Positions 7,342-17,550 of a DNA stretch of 36,355 nt are shown one piece after another. The DNA is taken from positions 1 through 36,355 of IMG/VR virus record IMGVR_UViG_3300031990_000008; one strand, 5' to 3'. The DNA comes from a virus. Taxonomy: Duplodnaviria; Caudoviricetes. The notes below the pieces were generated by a model. The model saw only the letters and a program-made list of their open reading frames with translations. It did no database searches and was not told the DNA's origin. Positions within the stretch are counted from its first letter, which is position 1. Each line of letters opens with the position of its first letter. The position numbers were made by a program, and so were the translations under genes.

Positions 7342-7620
7342 ATGTGCGGCGGCGGTGGAGGTGGCTACGACTCGAAGGACGCGGCTCGTGACCGCGAGCA
7401 GGCGCGCCTTGAGGCAGAGGCGCAGCGGATTGCGGCCGAGAACCAAGCGCAGTCCGAGGCGAATGCATCCGTGGCTGCCAAGCGTGTGCGCTCTCGCGCC
7501 AGCACGCTCATGACGCGCAGCAGTCGCCCCAGCCAATCCGCATCTGGCGGCGCGCAGTCATCACCAGCCCTGACGTCCACCGTCATGGCTCGCGGCGCTT
7601 CCACCCTGGGAGGCCAATGA
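7342..7620 (+). CDS. Small pre-portal virion protein (T7 gp6.7/7.3-like position)
   Basis: MCGGGGGG start and ...STLGGQ end, typical of podovirus genes just before the portal; ATGA overlap. Confidence 0.7.
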   Translation: MCGGGGGGYDSKDAARDREQARLEAEAQRIAAENQAQSEANASVAAKRVRSRASTLMTRSSRPSQSASGGAQSSPALTSTVMARGASTLGGQ

Positions 7621-9233
7621 CCATGGACGCGGCTGCCATCGAGAAGCGCCTGAAACAGCACGAGCAACGCAAATCAGAACGTCTGCGCAACGAGGCGACG
7701 ACGCGCGAGTGCTTCGACTTCGTGAACCCAGCTCGCGGCTTCGGCTTCAATGGTGAGTCCACCTTCGATGCCGCGACAGAGCAGGGCAAGCGCGCCCGTG
7801 TGCTGTCTTCGGTTTCGGCCGATTCGGCGGAGAACCTTGCTGCCAACCTGGTGGCCGGGGCAGTGCCGGCAAACGCGCAGTGGTTCGAGGTCGGAGTCTC
7901 TGGAGCCAGTGAGAACGACAAGCGCTGGCTATCCGACTCAGCCCAGGTCATCTGGGAGAACATCCACGCCTCGAACTTCGACGCCGAGGTGTTCGATGGA
8001 ATGTTCGATGTGGTGGCCGCCGGCTACTGCGCGCTGTACGTGGACGAAGACCGCGACATCGGTGGCTTCACCTTCGAGACTTGGCCGCTGCACCAGATCT
8101 ACATCGCCAGCACCAAGCCAGGTGGCCCGGTCGACGTCGTCGAGCGAGCCCACCAAATGACGGCCGAGCAGGCGGCCCAGGCCTACGGCTACGCCAACCT
8201 GAGCGAGAAGACGCAGGACCTTGTGCAGAACAAGCCGGATTCGCTCGTCGAGTTCGTGCACATCATCGAGCCGCGCAAGTTGCACATGCCTGGCGCGTTG
8301 TTGGCCAAGAATCTGCCGATTACTTCCTTCGTGATCGAGAAGGCCGGCAAGCACTTGGTGCGCGAGTCGGGCTATCACGAGATGCCGGTCATCGTGCCGC
8401 GCTGGGCTCGGCTGCCTCAGTCGGCCTATGCCACCGGGCCTGTGGCCTCGGCGCTGCCTGACATTCGCATGCTCAACCGGCTGCGCGCCAATGAGCTCAG
8501 CGCCACCGAGCTGGCTGTGGCTGGCATGTGGATCGCCGAGGACGACGGCGTGCTCAACCCCAAGACCGTCAAGGTTGGTCCGCGCCGTGTGATCGTGGCC
8601 AACAGCGTTGACTCGATGAAGCCTCTGCTCACGGGCGCGGACTTCAAGGTGGCATTCACGGCCGAAGAGCGGCTGGAGCGCGCCATCCGAAAGCGCCTGC
8701 TCGCCGATCAGTTGCAGCCCCAGGACGGCCCTCAGATGACGGCCACCGAGGTTCATGTGCGCGTCGCCCTGATTCGCCAGCTACTTGGCCCTGTATTCGG
8801 TCGGCTGCAGGCCGAGTTTCTGCAACCGCTGGTTGAGCGTTGCTTCGGCCTGGCCTACCGCGCCGGCATCCTGGGTGCAGCGCCGCAGTCGCTGGCCGGG
8901 CGCTCGTTCCATGTCAAGTACATCAGTCCGCTGGCGCGCAGCCAGAAGCTGGAAGACGTCACCGCCATCGAGCGCTATGGCCTCTTCGTGTCACAGCAAG
9001 TGCAGGCCGGCTTCGCCCAGGCCGCCGATCTCTACGACCCAGACGAGGCGTCTCGGCGAGTTGCCGATGGCCTGGGCGTGCCCAAGTCCATCGTGCCCGA
9101 CACCAAGAAGGTTCAGGCCATCCGCGACGGACGCAAGGCTGACCAACAGCAACAGCAGCAAGCCATGCAGCAGCAGGCCGCGCAGCAGTCTATGAACGAC
9201 GCCATGTCCCAACGCATGGCCAACGCAGCTTAA
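7617..9233 (+). CDS. Portal / head-tail connector (T7 gp8-like)
   Basis: 538 aa; [14 protein letters not shown]; MTATEV..R...[21 protein letters not shown]; [10 protein letters not shown]; Gln-rich tail. Confidence 0.95.
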   Translation: MTMDAAAIEKRLKQHEQRKSERLRNEATTRECFDFVNPARGFGFNGESTFDAATEQGKRARVLSSVSADSAENLAANLVAGAVPANAQWFEVGVSGASENDKRWLSDSAQVIWENIHASNFDAEVFDGMFDVVAAGYCALYVDEDRDIGGFTFETWPLHQIYIASTKPGGPVDVVERAHQMTAEQAAQAYGYANLSEKTQDLVQNKPDSLVEFVHIIEPRKLHMPGALLAKNLPITSFVIEKAGKHLVRESGYHEMPVIVPRWARLPQSAYATGPVASALPDIRMLNRLRANELSATELAVAGMWIAEDDGVLNPKTVKVGPRRVIVANSVDSMKPLLTGADFKVAFTAEERLERAIRKRLLADQLQPQDGPQMTATEVHVRVALIRQLLGPVFGRLQAEFLQPLVERCFGLAYRAGILGAAPQSLAGRSFHVKYISPLARSQKLEDVTAIERYGLFVSQQVQAGFAQAADLYDPDEASRRVADGLGVPKSIVPDTKKVQAIRDGRKADQQQQQQAMQQQAAQQSMNDAMSQRMANAA

Positions 9234-9243
9234 GGAGACAACC

Positions 9244-10989
9244 ATGTCAGGCATCAGCGCAGTTCAGACCGGTTCGGGGTGGGACGTCGACGACATCCAG
9301 GCACCCCTGTATGACGCTCAGAAGAAGCGGGCTTCACGTCGCGCCCAGCACAAAGCTGACGCAGCCAAGGCCGCCACAACGCAGGCGCGTGCGTGGGCAT
9401 CTGGCATCACGGTCCAGCCCTGGGAAATGCTGCGCCTCGGTGATGGAGCAGGGGCGTCTGCGACTGCATCTCTCACGTCCAACGCCGTCAGCTCAATCGC
9501 TGTGACTGCCGGCGGCAGCGGATACACCAAGGTTCCGGCAGTCACGCTCAGCGGCGGTGGTGGCACTGGTGCAACCGCGACAGCCGTCCTCACGAACGGC
9601 GTCGTCAGCTCGATCAATGTCACGAACGGCGGCAGCGGCTACAGCACCGCGCCCACTGTTTCCATCGCCGGCAGCAACGGTGCCATTGTGATTGCTGCCC
9701 AGGGAACTGCTGGTGTGACCGGCGCGACTGAACCTGTGATTGCCGCCGGCGCCTCCCCGGCGGCAATCACCGACAACACTGTGAACTGGTGGCCGCTTCA
9801 GGAGCAGACCCGGACTGCTCCAATTGGTGTGCCTGTGCCTGTGATCACAGACAACGCTGGCGCCTCGGCTCGCACGCAGTACGGCATCAACGCGAACCCG
9901 GGCTTGTTTGAGCAAGCGAGCGCGCCGAACGTGTTTGTCATCGCCGGGAGCGGGCAAACCGCCCGCACCATCGCCTGGACCATCAACGACGGTTCATCGA
10001 CGGATTTCGGTGCAGGCGCTGGCCGCATCACGCCTTACCGCACGATTGCTTTCGTGGTTCCTGACGATGTGATCGACATCGGCTACTTCGCCACTGTGGG
10101 CACCTACATCAACAACCGGCCCATCATTGAGGTGGATGGGTATCCAGCCATGGAGGTGCCCCTTGTCCCTGCGGCGTTTGGTGGATCGCGTCACTTGAAG
10201 CTCACCATTCCTGGCGGCCGTCGTGATCGACTGATCCGCATCCGCTGCTCTGGATCCTTCAACTTGCAGTATTTCGGCCTCGCTTCGGATGTCGCCCCCG
10301 TGCGGCCCCCTGTGCGCGGCTTGACCGCCGTGATTCCTTCTGACTCATTTGGCAACACCGAAATGCCCAATGCCTCCGAAGACCACCTGAACCTGTCCTC
10401 GCGAGTTGCCCGTCGTCTCGGCTTTCCAAACTGCGTCATGGCAGTAGCCGGCGGCACGAGCTATTCGTTCGATGACGCCGGATCGGGTCGACAGTCGCTC
10501 AAGAAGATCATGGCCTCGCATGACTTCAGCGCGTTCGGCGCCGACATGTTCATGCCCATGCACGGCTACAACGCTGGCGGTAGCGGTGTGCTTCCTTCCG
10601 TCGAGTGCGCTGACGCTTTGTCGTGCTGGTTGGGTTTTCGCGCAGCCGGACCCACTTCACCTGTTCTTGTGGTCAACGTGCATTACCTGAAGCCTGGCGT
10701 GGTGGCCGCGATGACCACCATGCGCGATGCGCTTAAGGCGCAGTTCCTGGCCTGGGCCGACCCGAACAGCGCGATCATCGACCCGACGGATGGCTCGATC
10801 ACGCTGGGTGATGGCACGGTCGTTCGCGCCGCCGACTCGGCTTGGATCAACGCGACCAATGCCGCCTGGGTGCTGCCACCTTCCGGTGGCGTATTCGACG
10901 GCGCCCACTTGTCGATCGCCGGTCGTGCGTTCTACGAGGACAAGCTCGTGGCTGCGGCGGACTTGGCTCTGAACGCGCTGGGATTCTGA
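9244..10989 (+). CDS. 581-aa protein with duplicated GGSGY beta-repeats and a C-terminal SGNH/GDSL-like esterase domain
   Basis: Two ATATAxL...VSSIxVTxGGSGY repeats; SGNH blocks SDSFG, GGTSY, HGYN, DGAH; TAAGGAG RBS. Confidence 0.7.
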   Translation: MSGISAVQTGSGWDVDDIQAPLYDAQKKRASRRAQHKADAAKAATTQARAWASGITVQPWEMLRLGDGAGASATASLTSNAVSSIAVTAGGSGYTKVPAVTLSGGGGTGATATAVLTNGVVSSINVTNGGSGYSTAPTVSIAGSNGAIVIAAQGTAGVTGATEPVIAAGASPAAITDNTVNWWPLQEQTRTAPIGVPVPVITDNAGASARTQYGINANPGLFEQASAPNVFVIAGSGQTARTIAWTINDGSSTDFGAGAGRITPYRTIAFVVPDDVIDIGYFATVGTYINNRPIIEVDGYPAMEVPLVPAAFGGSRHLKLTIPGGRRDRLIRIRCSGSFNLQYFGLASDVAPVRPPVRGLTAVIPSDSFGNTEMPNASEDHLNLSSRVARRLGFPNCVMAVAGGTSYSFDDAGSGRQSLKKIMASHDFSAFGADMFMPMHGYNAGGSGVLPSVECADALSCWLGFRAAGPTSPVLVVNVHYLKPGVVAAMTTMRDALKAQFLAWADPNSAIIDPTDGSITLGDGTVVRAADSAWINATNAAWVLPPSGGVFDGAHLSIAGRAFYEDKLVAAADLALNALGF

Positions 10990-10996
10990 TCAGGAA

Positions 10997-11236
10997 ATGG
11001 CCGACCCCCAAACCTATCGCCGGCTGTTCGAGGACAACGCGGATGGCGTCGCCGTCCTTGAAGACCTCGTGAGCCGGTTTTCACAACCCCAGGTGAGCGC
11101 TGGCGGCATCGACGCTGTGCTCAAAACCTTCGAGCGTGGAGGCATGCGCAAGGTGCTGGACCACATCCTGGGGAAGATCAACGCAGCACATGGAGTGCCT
11201 GATGTTTCTGAAGAAGACCCCCCGATTGATGAATGA
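10997..11236 (+). CDS. Small conserved podovirus protein (BPP-1 Bbp19-like)
   Basis: YRRLFE...GVAVLEDLVSRF...GMRKVLDHI; usual position between portal and scaffold. Confidence 0.8.
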   Translation: MADPQTYRRLFEDNADGVAVLEDLVSRFSQPQVSAGGIDAVLKTFERGGMRKVLDHILGKINAAHGVPDVSEEDPPIDE

Positions 11237-12083
11237 AGCTGCCGGCGCTGATGCTGGTTCTGCAGCCTCTGGTGCGGTGGATGCCGCAGCCGCTGGTGCA
11301 GCAGCCGGCGCTCAAGCAGGCACAGTGATGGATCGTGGTGCGGCGCAGGGTGGCGGCGATCCACCGGCCTGGGCAGCCCCTGACAAGTACCAGGTCAAGA
11401 ACGATGCCGGTGAGATCGACTGGCAGGCGACTGCCCGCAAGATCGATGAGGGCCGCAGTCACTTGGAAAAGCGCATGGGTTCCGGCGATGCACCGCCTGC
11501 CGATGTTGCTGGCTACAAGGTCGAGGTGCCGGCCGACTATGCCGATGTGCTCAAGGACTGGAAGCCATCCGAGGACAGCAAGCTTGCGGAGTTTCTGGCC
11601 GATGCCCACAAGGTCGGCTTCACGCAGAAGCAGGTGGACCTGGTGCTCAAGCAGTACGGTCGCCTGTCGTCTGAGGCCTTGGCCGCCCAGATCAGCCCAG
11701 AGCAACAAGCGGCCAAGGCTGCTGACGACGCAGCCAAGACGCTGGGCGAAGTGTGGAAGGAGCCGGGCCAATTCGACAAGAACGTCGGTGAGGCGTTCAA
11801 GGCCAGCCAGAAGATGGCCGCCAAGCTGGGCGTGGAATTCGATGAGTTCAACCAGGCGCTGGGCAACAACCCGATGTTCCTGCGCCTGGCTGCTGCGCTC
11901 AATGCCGAGATGGGTGAAGACTCACCCCAGGGCACCCAGCAGACCGCATCAGATGCGCTGGACTGGGACGCCAAGCGAGCCGAGCTGGTCGCTCAGCGTG
12001 ATGCTCTGCCTGCAAACGACCCGCGCCGCACGCAGATCGTCAAGCAGATCAACGAGCACTACAGCCGCCGATACAAGGGCTGA
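11202..12083 (+). CDS. Capsid scaffolding/assembly protein
   Basis: Ala-rich N-terminus, PDKY, AHKVGFTQKQV, LGNNPMFLR; directly before the capsid gene; GGAG RBS at 11192. Confidence 0.8.
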   Translation: MFLKKTPRLMNEAAGADAGSAASGAVDAAAAGAAAGAQAGTVMDRGAAQGGGDPPAWAAPDKYQVKNDAGEIDWQATARKIDEGRSHLEKRMGSGDAPPADVAGYKVEVPADYADVLKDWKPSEDSKLAEFLADAHKVGFTQKQVDLVLKQYGRLSSEALAAQISPEQQAAKAADDAAKTLGEVWKEPGQFDKNVGEAFKASQKMAAKLGVEFDEFNQALGNNPMFLRLAAALNAEMGEDSPQGTQQTASDALDWDAKRAELVAQRDALPANDPRRTQIVKQINEHYSRRYKG

Positions 12084-12103
12084 GCACCGTCCCGCACGAC
12101 CGC

Positions 12104-12132
12104 AGGCCCGCCATGTGCGGGCTTTGCTGTTT
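12104..12132 (+). terminator. Intrinsic terminator after the scaffold gene
   Basis: AGGCCCGC-CATGT-GCGGGCTT followed by TGCTGTTT. Confidence 0.65.
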
Positions 12133-12136
12133 CGAC

Positions 12137-12170
12137 GGTGGGGAAAGTTGACCGGCTACGGCGCCACGAT
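12137..12170 (+). promoter_or_regulatory. Late promoter motif, copy 2 (capsid)
   Basis: GGTGGGGAA-N20-ACGAT. Confidence 0.7.
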
Positions 12171-12179
12171 GCACCCATC

Positions 12180-12311
12180 GAGGCCCGGATGGCACCCGGA
12201 CACCCTCACGTGATTGCCCGTAGCCGCTGACCTGTAGCCGGGTCGCGAGCCACGACAGCAGGCCCGGCCACACGGCTGGACACCCTGAAACGGCGCCCAC
12301 CCTTTCAGGAG
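12180..12311 (+). ncRNA. Structured capsid 5' leader: twin internal-loop hairpins plus an alternative anti-SD stem
   Basis: GAGG-C-CCGG-N7-CCGG-ACAC-CCTC (12180-12207); CAGG-C-CCGGCC-N4-GGCTGG-ACAC-CCTG (12259-12287); CCTGAAA 12284-12290 pairs with TTTCAGG 12303-12309. Confidence 0.65.
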
Positions 12312-12317
12312 CACACC

Positions 12318-13211
12318 ATGTCTCTCGCGAATCCCAACGTTGCCTACAAGCAGCAGTTCCACGACACCTACCGCGACGCGCTGGCGCAGCGTGAAACCCG
12401 CTTCATGCGGGCCTCAGTTGATCGTGGCATGGTCGATGGAACCAGCTTCACGATCAATGGCCTCGGTGTGACCGAGTTCAAGCCAGTCACCGGCCGATAC
12501 CAAGACAAGACTCCGCAAACGCTGGAGAACGGCACCCGCGTGGTCTACATGAGCGACTACGACGCCACCGTGGTGGTCGATGGCTTCGACATCCCGAAGC
12601 TGTCGGCAGATCCGTCGTTCAAGTATCCAGGCCTGCTGGCTGATGCCTCCAACCGTCTCAAGGACAAGATCATCTACCGTGCGTTGCTCGACCCCGTCGT
12701 GGTCAAGACCAGCGAGAACACATTCGGTACCGTCTCGATGCCCGCGTCGCAAATCATCTTGGCAGGCGGTACGGCCTTCACGAAGGCCAAGGTGATCTTT
12801 GCTCGCTCTCTGTTCCGAAAGAACGAGTGCGACGACAAGAACGGCGAACAACTTTTCATTGCCTACAACGATGAAATGCTGCGCCAAATCCTGGCCGACA
12901 CCACTCTGACCAGCGCTGACTACATGACTGGCCAGATGCTGCAAACCGGTGGCGTGGCCGAGAACTGGCTGGGCTTCACCTGGGTGCCTTATCAAGCGCT
13001 GGACAACGGTGCAGGTGGTGCCGCCGAAGCTCGAACTGTGGCCTGGGCCAAGTCTGGTGTCGAGGTTGGCATGGGCTTGAACTTCAAGACCCATGTGTCC
13101 GAGAACACGCAAAAGCGCGGCCACCCGACCGAGGCCTATGGCTGGCTGTCGCTGGGAGCCGGCCGTCAGGACGAGAAGAAGGCGGTCGTCGTCGACTTCC
13201 TGCGCGCCTGA
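12318..13211 (+). CDS. Major capsid protein
   Basis: 297 aa after the scaffold; YKQQF, LTSADY, WLGFTW, GAGRQDEKKAV; AGGAG RBS. Confidence 0.92.
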   Translation: MSLANPNVAYKQQFHDTYRDALAQRETRFMRASVDRGMVDGTSFTINGLGVTEFKPVTGRYQDKTPQTLENGTRVVYMSDYDATVVVDGFDIPKLSADPSFKYPGLLADASNRLKDKIIYRALLDPVVVKTSENTFGTVSMPASQIILAGGTAFTKAKVIFARSLFRKNECDDKNGEQLFIAYNDEMLRQILADTTLTSADYMTGQMLQTGGVAENWLGFTWVPYQALDNGAGGAAEARTVAWAKSGVEVGMGLNFKTHVSENTQKRGHPTEAYGWLSLGAGRQDEKKAVVVDFLRA

Positions 13212-13241
13212 TCCCTCACCTGAACACTGAAAGGACACCCC

Positions 13242-13748
13242 ATGGCTGTCGTCACCGTCAAGTCGGCCCGGATCACCGGCCGCGATTCCACCCCGCCCGC
13301 CAAGGGTGGCCTGACCCTGGGCCCGCGCCGTCTGTACGACGATGCGGCCACGGTCGAAGTCACCAACGGCGATTCCATCGGATCGAAGTTCATCCTGGCC
13401 ACCGTGCCCTCGCATGCCTCCATGCGTGAACTGGTGCTGCTTTGCGATGCCATCACCAGCGCTGCGGCTGACTTCGGCGTCTACCAGACGACCGCCAACG
13501 GCGGCGCGGTGGTCGATGCCGACTGCTTCGCTTCGGCTCAGTCGATCGCCACGGCCATCACCCTGGGCACCAACATCCTGCACGAGTCCGGCGTGCTGGA
13601 CATCAGCGAGATCGAGCAGCCGCTGTGGCAGATCCTGGGCCTGACTGCAGACCCCGCCATCGACTACGACATCGTGGCCACGCTGACCGCTGCCGCCACC
13701 GCCTCCGGCACCCTGACGGTTCGCGTGAGCTTCGCCCAGGGCAACTGA
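13242..13748 (+). CDS. Capsid cement/decoration protein
   Basis: Beta-rich 168 aa right after the capsid gene, ends TAAATASGTLTVRV; shares the capsid terminator. Confidence 0.75.
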   Translation: MAVVTVKSARITGRDSTPPAKGGLTLGPRRLYDDAATVEVTNGDSIGSKFILATVPSHASMRELVLLCDAITSAAADFGVYQTTANGGAVVDADCFASAQSIATAITLGTNILHESGVLDISEIEQPLWQILGLTADPAIDYDIVATLTAAATASGTLTVRVSFAQGN

Positions 13749-13775
13749 TCACCGCGAGGTGAGATCGAGGGGTTG

Positions 13776-13798
13776 GGGGGCTTCGGCCCCCTTTTTTT
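13776..13798 (+). terminator. Strong intrinsic terminator
   Basis: GGGGGC-TTCG-GCCCCC-T7 (cUUCGg tetraloop). Confidence 0.92.
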
Positions 13799-13813
13799 GA
13801 TCCTGGAGGGGAC

Positions 13814-14386
13814 ATGGCGACCGCAGTTTCGATTTGCTCTAACGCCCTGATCATGTTGGGCGCCGATCCCATCGCATCGTTCACCGAGGGCACGAAAGGC
13901 GCTCGGGTGGCATCCAATCTGTACCCCTACCTGGCGCGCGACTTCCTGCGCGGGCACCCTTGGAACGCGGCTATGAAGCGCGTGCAACTGGCGCCGACGA
14001 CCGCACCGGAATTCGGTTGGCGCGCAGCCTTCCTGCTGCCCAATGACTGCCTGCGCGTGTGGGAGGTTAAGCGCGGAGAGATTGACATCGAACACAAGGT
14101 AGAGGGCCGGCGCGTGCTCTCAGATGTCACCGGCATCGATCTGCTATACATCTGCCAACTGCCTGAGGACCAATGGGACTCAGCCATGGTCACTGCCATG
14201 ACCTACAAGATGGCCGGCGCCATGGCCTACGCCATCACTGCCTCGGCAGCTCTGGCCGATGGCTGGATGTCAGCGGCGGAGCGCAAGATCCGTGAGGCCA
14301 AGACGCTGGACGGCCAGGAAGGCACGCCTGATGAAGTCGGCGACAACCCTCTGATGGCATCTCGCTACCCGGGTGGGGGGTACTGA
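13814..14386 (+). CDS. Tail tubular protein A / adaptor (T7 gp11-like)
   Basis: SICSNALIMLG, HPWNAA, LPNDCLRV. Confidence 0.88.
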   Translation: MATAVSICSNALIMLGADPIASFTEGTKGARVASNLYPYLARDFLRGHPWNAAMKRVQLAPTTAPEFGWRAAFLLPNDCLRVWEVKRGEIDIEHKVEGRRVLSDVTGIDLLYICQLPEDQWDSAMVTAMTYKMAGAMAYAITASAALADGWMSAAERKIREAKTLDGQEGTPDEVGDNPLMASRYPGGGY

Positions 14387-14387
14387 C

Positions 14388-16565
14388 ATGCCCAAAGTCA
14401 CCAACGTCGCCAACAACTTCACCTCGGGTGAGATCAGCCCGAAGATGCGTGCCCGCATGGACGTGGCCCGCTACAACTCAGGCGTGGAAATCATGGAGAA
14501 CGCCTGGCCAAACATCCACGGTGGGTTCTCCAAGCGATGGGGCACGCTCTATCGCGGGGCGGCCAAGCATCCCGACAAGCTGGGGCGTCTGGTGCGCTTC
14601 GTGGTCAACCGATCGGATGCCTACTGGCTGGAGTTTGGTCACCTCTACATGCGCGTTCACAAGGTCAGCGGTCGCGTCGAGACATCGCCAGGAACGGCCT
14701 ATGAGGTGGTCACGCCATACACCGAGACCATGCTGGCCGCCCTGGACTTCAGCCAGGGGGCCGACACACTCATCATCTGGAGCCCCGACAACTTCCCGCG
14801 CCGACTGCGCCGATTCGCCGATGCCCGATGGGTGCTCGACCTGGCCCCGTTCGACCCGGCTCCGTTCTCCGAAGTTGGCAGCCGCTTCAACGTGGCGCTG
14901 ACGCTGAGCGCTGCCGCCGTCGGTTCTGGCCGCACTGTCACCGCTGCATCACCCGTCTTCCTGGAGGCGGATGTCGGCCGCCAGATCTGGTCTGGTGCTG
15001 GCGTGGCCACGATCACGGCAGTGGCATCCGCAACATCGGCAACAGCCGACATCTCTGTCGAGTTCGATGGCACAGCCATCGCAGGCAATGCGTGGACTCT
15101 GGCAATCAGCCCCCAGGCTGCCTGCACGCCCAGCGGCACTGGCCCGGTGGGCGCAAGCATCACGCTGACGCTGAGCGATGCTGGGTGGCGAGCCTCGGAC
15201 GTCGGCAGCCACGTGCAGATCAACACGGGCCTGGTCAAGATCACAGCATTCAGCTCCGACACGGTCGTGAACGGCTTGGTGCTGGTGGCCCTGAACACGT
15301 CGGTGGCCTCGCCGCCCAACGCCTGGACGCTCAACCCGCCCGCCTGGAACGACTTCGACGGCTACCCGGCAACCGGCACCTTCCATGCCCAGCGCCTGCT
15401 GTCCGCTGGATCACGCTCATTTCCTCAGACCGTCTGGGGCTCGGCCGTGGGCGAGTTCTTCAACTTCCAGCTTGGCACGCTCGACACCGACGCCTTCGCT
15501 TTCGAGCTTGTCAGCGATGACGTCAGCCCCATCACTTACATGATCTCGATGGAGTCGCTGGTTGCCCTGTCGTTCGCTGGTGAATTCACGCTTGATGGCG
15601 GCATTGAAAAGCCCATCACCCCCACCAATGTGCGAGCGAAGCCTCGCAGTGCTCGCGGGTGTGCCCAGGTCAGGCCGGTCAAGGTCGGGACCGAGACCTT
15701 GTTCGTGCAGCGCACCGGCAAGCGCGTTCGAGCTGCAGCCTTTCAAGAGGCCTCCGACGCCTGGGGCGTTCCGGACATGAGCGTGGTGGCGGACCACCTC
15801 ACAGAGCCTGGCGTGATCGGACTGACCTGGCACGAAGAGCCCGGCACGCATTTGTTCGCCTTGCGCGCTGACGGCCTGATCGCATCGTGCACCTACGACC
15901 GTGACCAGGATGTGATTGGCTGGTCGCGTCAATCGTTCTCTGGTGGTGTGGTCGAGTCTGCCGCCACGATCCCGGACGATGATCGCGACAGGACCATGCT
16001 TCTGGTGCGGCGCACCATCAACGGCAACACCGTGCGCTACCTCGAATTGCTCGACTCCGACACCTACACCGACTGCGCCATCAAGGGCGAATCGGGCAGC
16101 CCGACCGCAACATGGTCGGACCTCGATCACCTGGAGGGGCAAACCGTGGCCATCCGTGCAGACAACATCCCACAACCTCCTCAAGCGGTGGATGCTGGCG
16201 AGATCACACTCGCGCGCACGGCTTCAACCGTCGAGATCGGGCTGCCGCTGTCCATGCGCGTGAAGCTGCTGCCGCCCGAGGTGTCTGGCGGGGCCGGCGT
16301 TGTCAAAGGCTCCGAGGTACGCGTCAACAAGGTGCTGGTCGAAGTGCTCAACACCATTGGCCTGACCATCAACGGTGACAAGGTGGCCTTCCGTCAGTTC
16401 GGCAATGGTGTGCTCGACTCGGCCATCGAGCCGTTCACCGGCCTCAAGGAAGTGACGGGGCTGGGCTGGGAAAAGGCTGGCGGCTCGGTTGAGATCACGC
16501 ACGATGACCCATTGCCTTGCAACGTCCTGGCGGTGACTCGCAAGGTCACGGTCAACGAGGGGTGA
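14388..16565 (+). CDS. Tail tubular protein B / nozzle (T7 gp12-like)
   Basis: NFTSGEISP...R.D..RY start; GYPATGTFHAQRL; LFVQRTGKRVR; QDVIGWSR. Confidence 0.9.
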   Translation: MPKVTNVANNFTSGEISPKMRARMDVARYNSGVEIMENAWPNIHGGFSKRWGTLYRGAAKHPDKLGRLVRFVVNRSDAYWLEFGHLYMRVHKVSGRVETSPGTAYEVVTPYTETMLAALDFSQGADTLIIWSPDNFPRRLRRFADARWVLDLAPFDPAPFSEVGSRFNVALTLSAAAVGSGRTVTAASPVFLEADVGRQIWSGAGVATITAVASATSATADISVEFDGTAIAGNAWTLAISPQAACTPSGTGPVGASITLTLSDAGWRASDVGSHVQINTGLVKITAFSSDTVVNGLVLVALNTSVASPPNAWTLNPPAWNDFDGYPATGTFHAQRLLSAGSRSFPQTVWGSAVGEFFNFQLGTLDTDAFAFELVSDDVSPITYMISMESLVALSFAGEFTLDGGIEKPITPTNVRAKPRSARGCAQVRPVKVGTETLFVQRTGKRVRAAAFQEASDAWGVPDMSVVADHLTEPGVIGLTWHEEPGTHLFALRADGLIASCTYDRDQDVIGWSRQSFSGGVVESAATIPDDDRDRTMLLVRRTINGNTVRYLELLDSDTYTDCAIKGESGSPTATWSDLDHLEGQTVAIRADNIPQPPQAVDAGEITLARTASTVEIGLPLSMRVKLLPPEVSGGAGVVKGSEVRVNKVLVEVLNTIGLTINGDKVAFRQFGNGVLDSAIEPFTGLKEVTGLGWEKAGGSVEITHDDPLPCNVLAVTRKVTVNEG

Positions 16566-16567
16566 GC

Positions 16568-17017
16568 ATGATCCGAAAAGCCACGACAGAAGACATTCCC
16601 ACCTTGGTTGAACTCGGCGCCAAGATGGCGGCCGAGTCACCAGAGTGGCGTGACATGGGGTACAGCCGAGAGAAGGTGGCTGCGCTGCTCGCCATCCTGG
16701 TGGATAGCGCCCGTGGCCTGGTGATCGTTGCAGACCGTGGCGGCGTGTGCGGTGGCCTGGTGGCAGCAGCCTCCGAGCACTGGGCTTGTGATTCGGTCGT
16801 GGCTTTCGAGTTGGCCATCTACGTCGATCCAGATGCACGCGGTGCTGTTGTCGGCATCCAGCTTGTCAAAGCCTACCGCGATTGGGTTGCGGCCAATGGT
16901 TTCAAGCGCGGCACCGCTGGCGTAACCACTGGCATGCAAACCGAGCGCACGGCGGCGCTCTACGAGAAGGCCGGCGCACGTCGGCTCGGTGTTGTCTTTG
17001 ATGTTGGAGGTGCGTGA
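16568..17017 (+). CDS. GNAT-fold virion-assembly protein (T7 gp13-like position)
   Basis: MIRKATTEDIP, IYVDPDARG, ALYEKAG. Confidence 0.8.
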   Translation: MIRKATTEDIPTLVELGAKMAAESPEWRDMGYSREKVAALLAILVDSARGLVIVADRGGVCGGLVAAASEHWACDSVVAFELAIYVDPDARGAVVGIQLVKAYRDWVAANGFKRGTAGVTTGMQTERTAALYEKAGARRLGVVFDVGGA

Positions 17018-17541
17018 TGTGCACTGGCTTTGAAATTGCCGCGCTCGCTGCGGCTGTCGTCGGGACTGGTGTTGCTGTCCATGGCCAGCAGCAGGCAGCA
17101 GCCGCAGCAGAGGAAGCGGCGCTTGTTGAGGGCCAGGGGGCAGCGACTCAGGCCGGTCAGCAGCAGGATGCCGCCACAGCCGAGGCTGAGCGCATCCGTG
17201 CCGCAGCGCGCCGGCAGCGCGCCGAAGCTGCGGCGGCCTACGCTGGATCAGGCGTTTCCGTGGCCGATGGGACGCCCCTGAAGATCGACGAAGAGATTGC
17301 GCGCGGCGGCGAGCTCGACGCGCTCAACACGATCATCAGCGGCGGCCGAGGTGCGGATGTCCTGACGAAAGAGGCAGCAGCATTCGGCGCTCAAGCTGCA
17401 GCGACCCGCCGAGCCGCTAATGCTAAGTCCTTCAGCACACTCATGTCGTCGGGAAGTCAGTTCGCGAGCGCATCCGGCTGGCGAGCGAACGGCCCTGGCT
17501 ACTCCGGGGGCCAAGCCAAGGCGCCCATCGTCAACGCATAA
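17017..17541 (+). CDS. Internal virion/ejection protein (gp14-like)
   Basis: MCTG plus hydrophobic N-terminus; AAYAGSGV...GTPL; Ala/Gln-rich. Confidence 0.82.
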   Translation: MCTGFEIAALAAAVVGTGVAVHGQQQAAAAAEEAALVEGQGAATQAGQQQDAATAEAERIRAAARRQRAEAAAAYAGSGVSVADGTPLKIDEEIARGGELDALNTIISGGRGADVLTKEAAAFGAQAAATRRAANAKSFSTLMSSGSQFASASGWRANGPGYSGGQAKAPIVNA

Positions 17542-17550
17542 GGGGATCAC

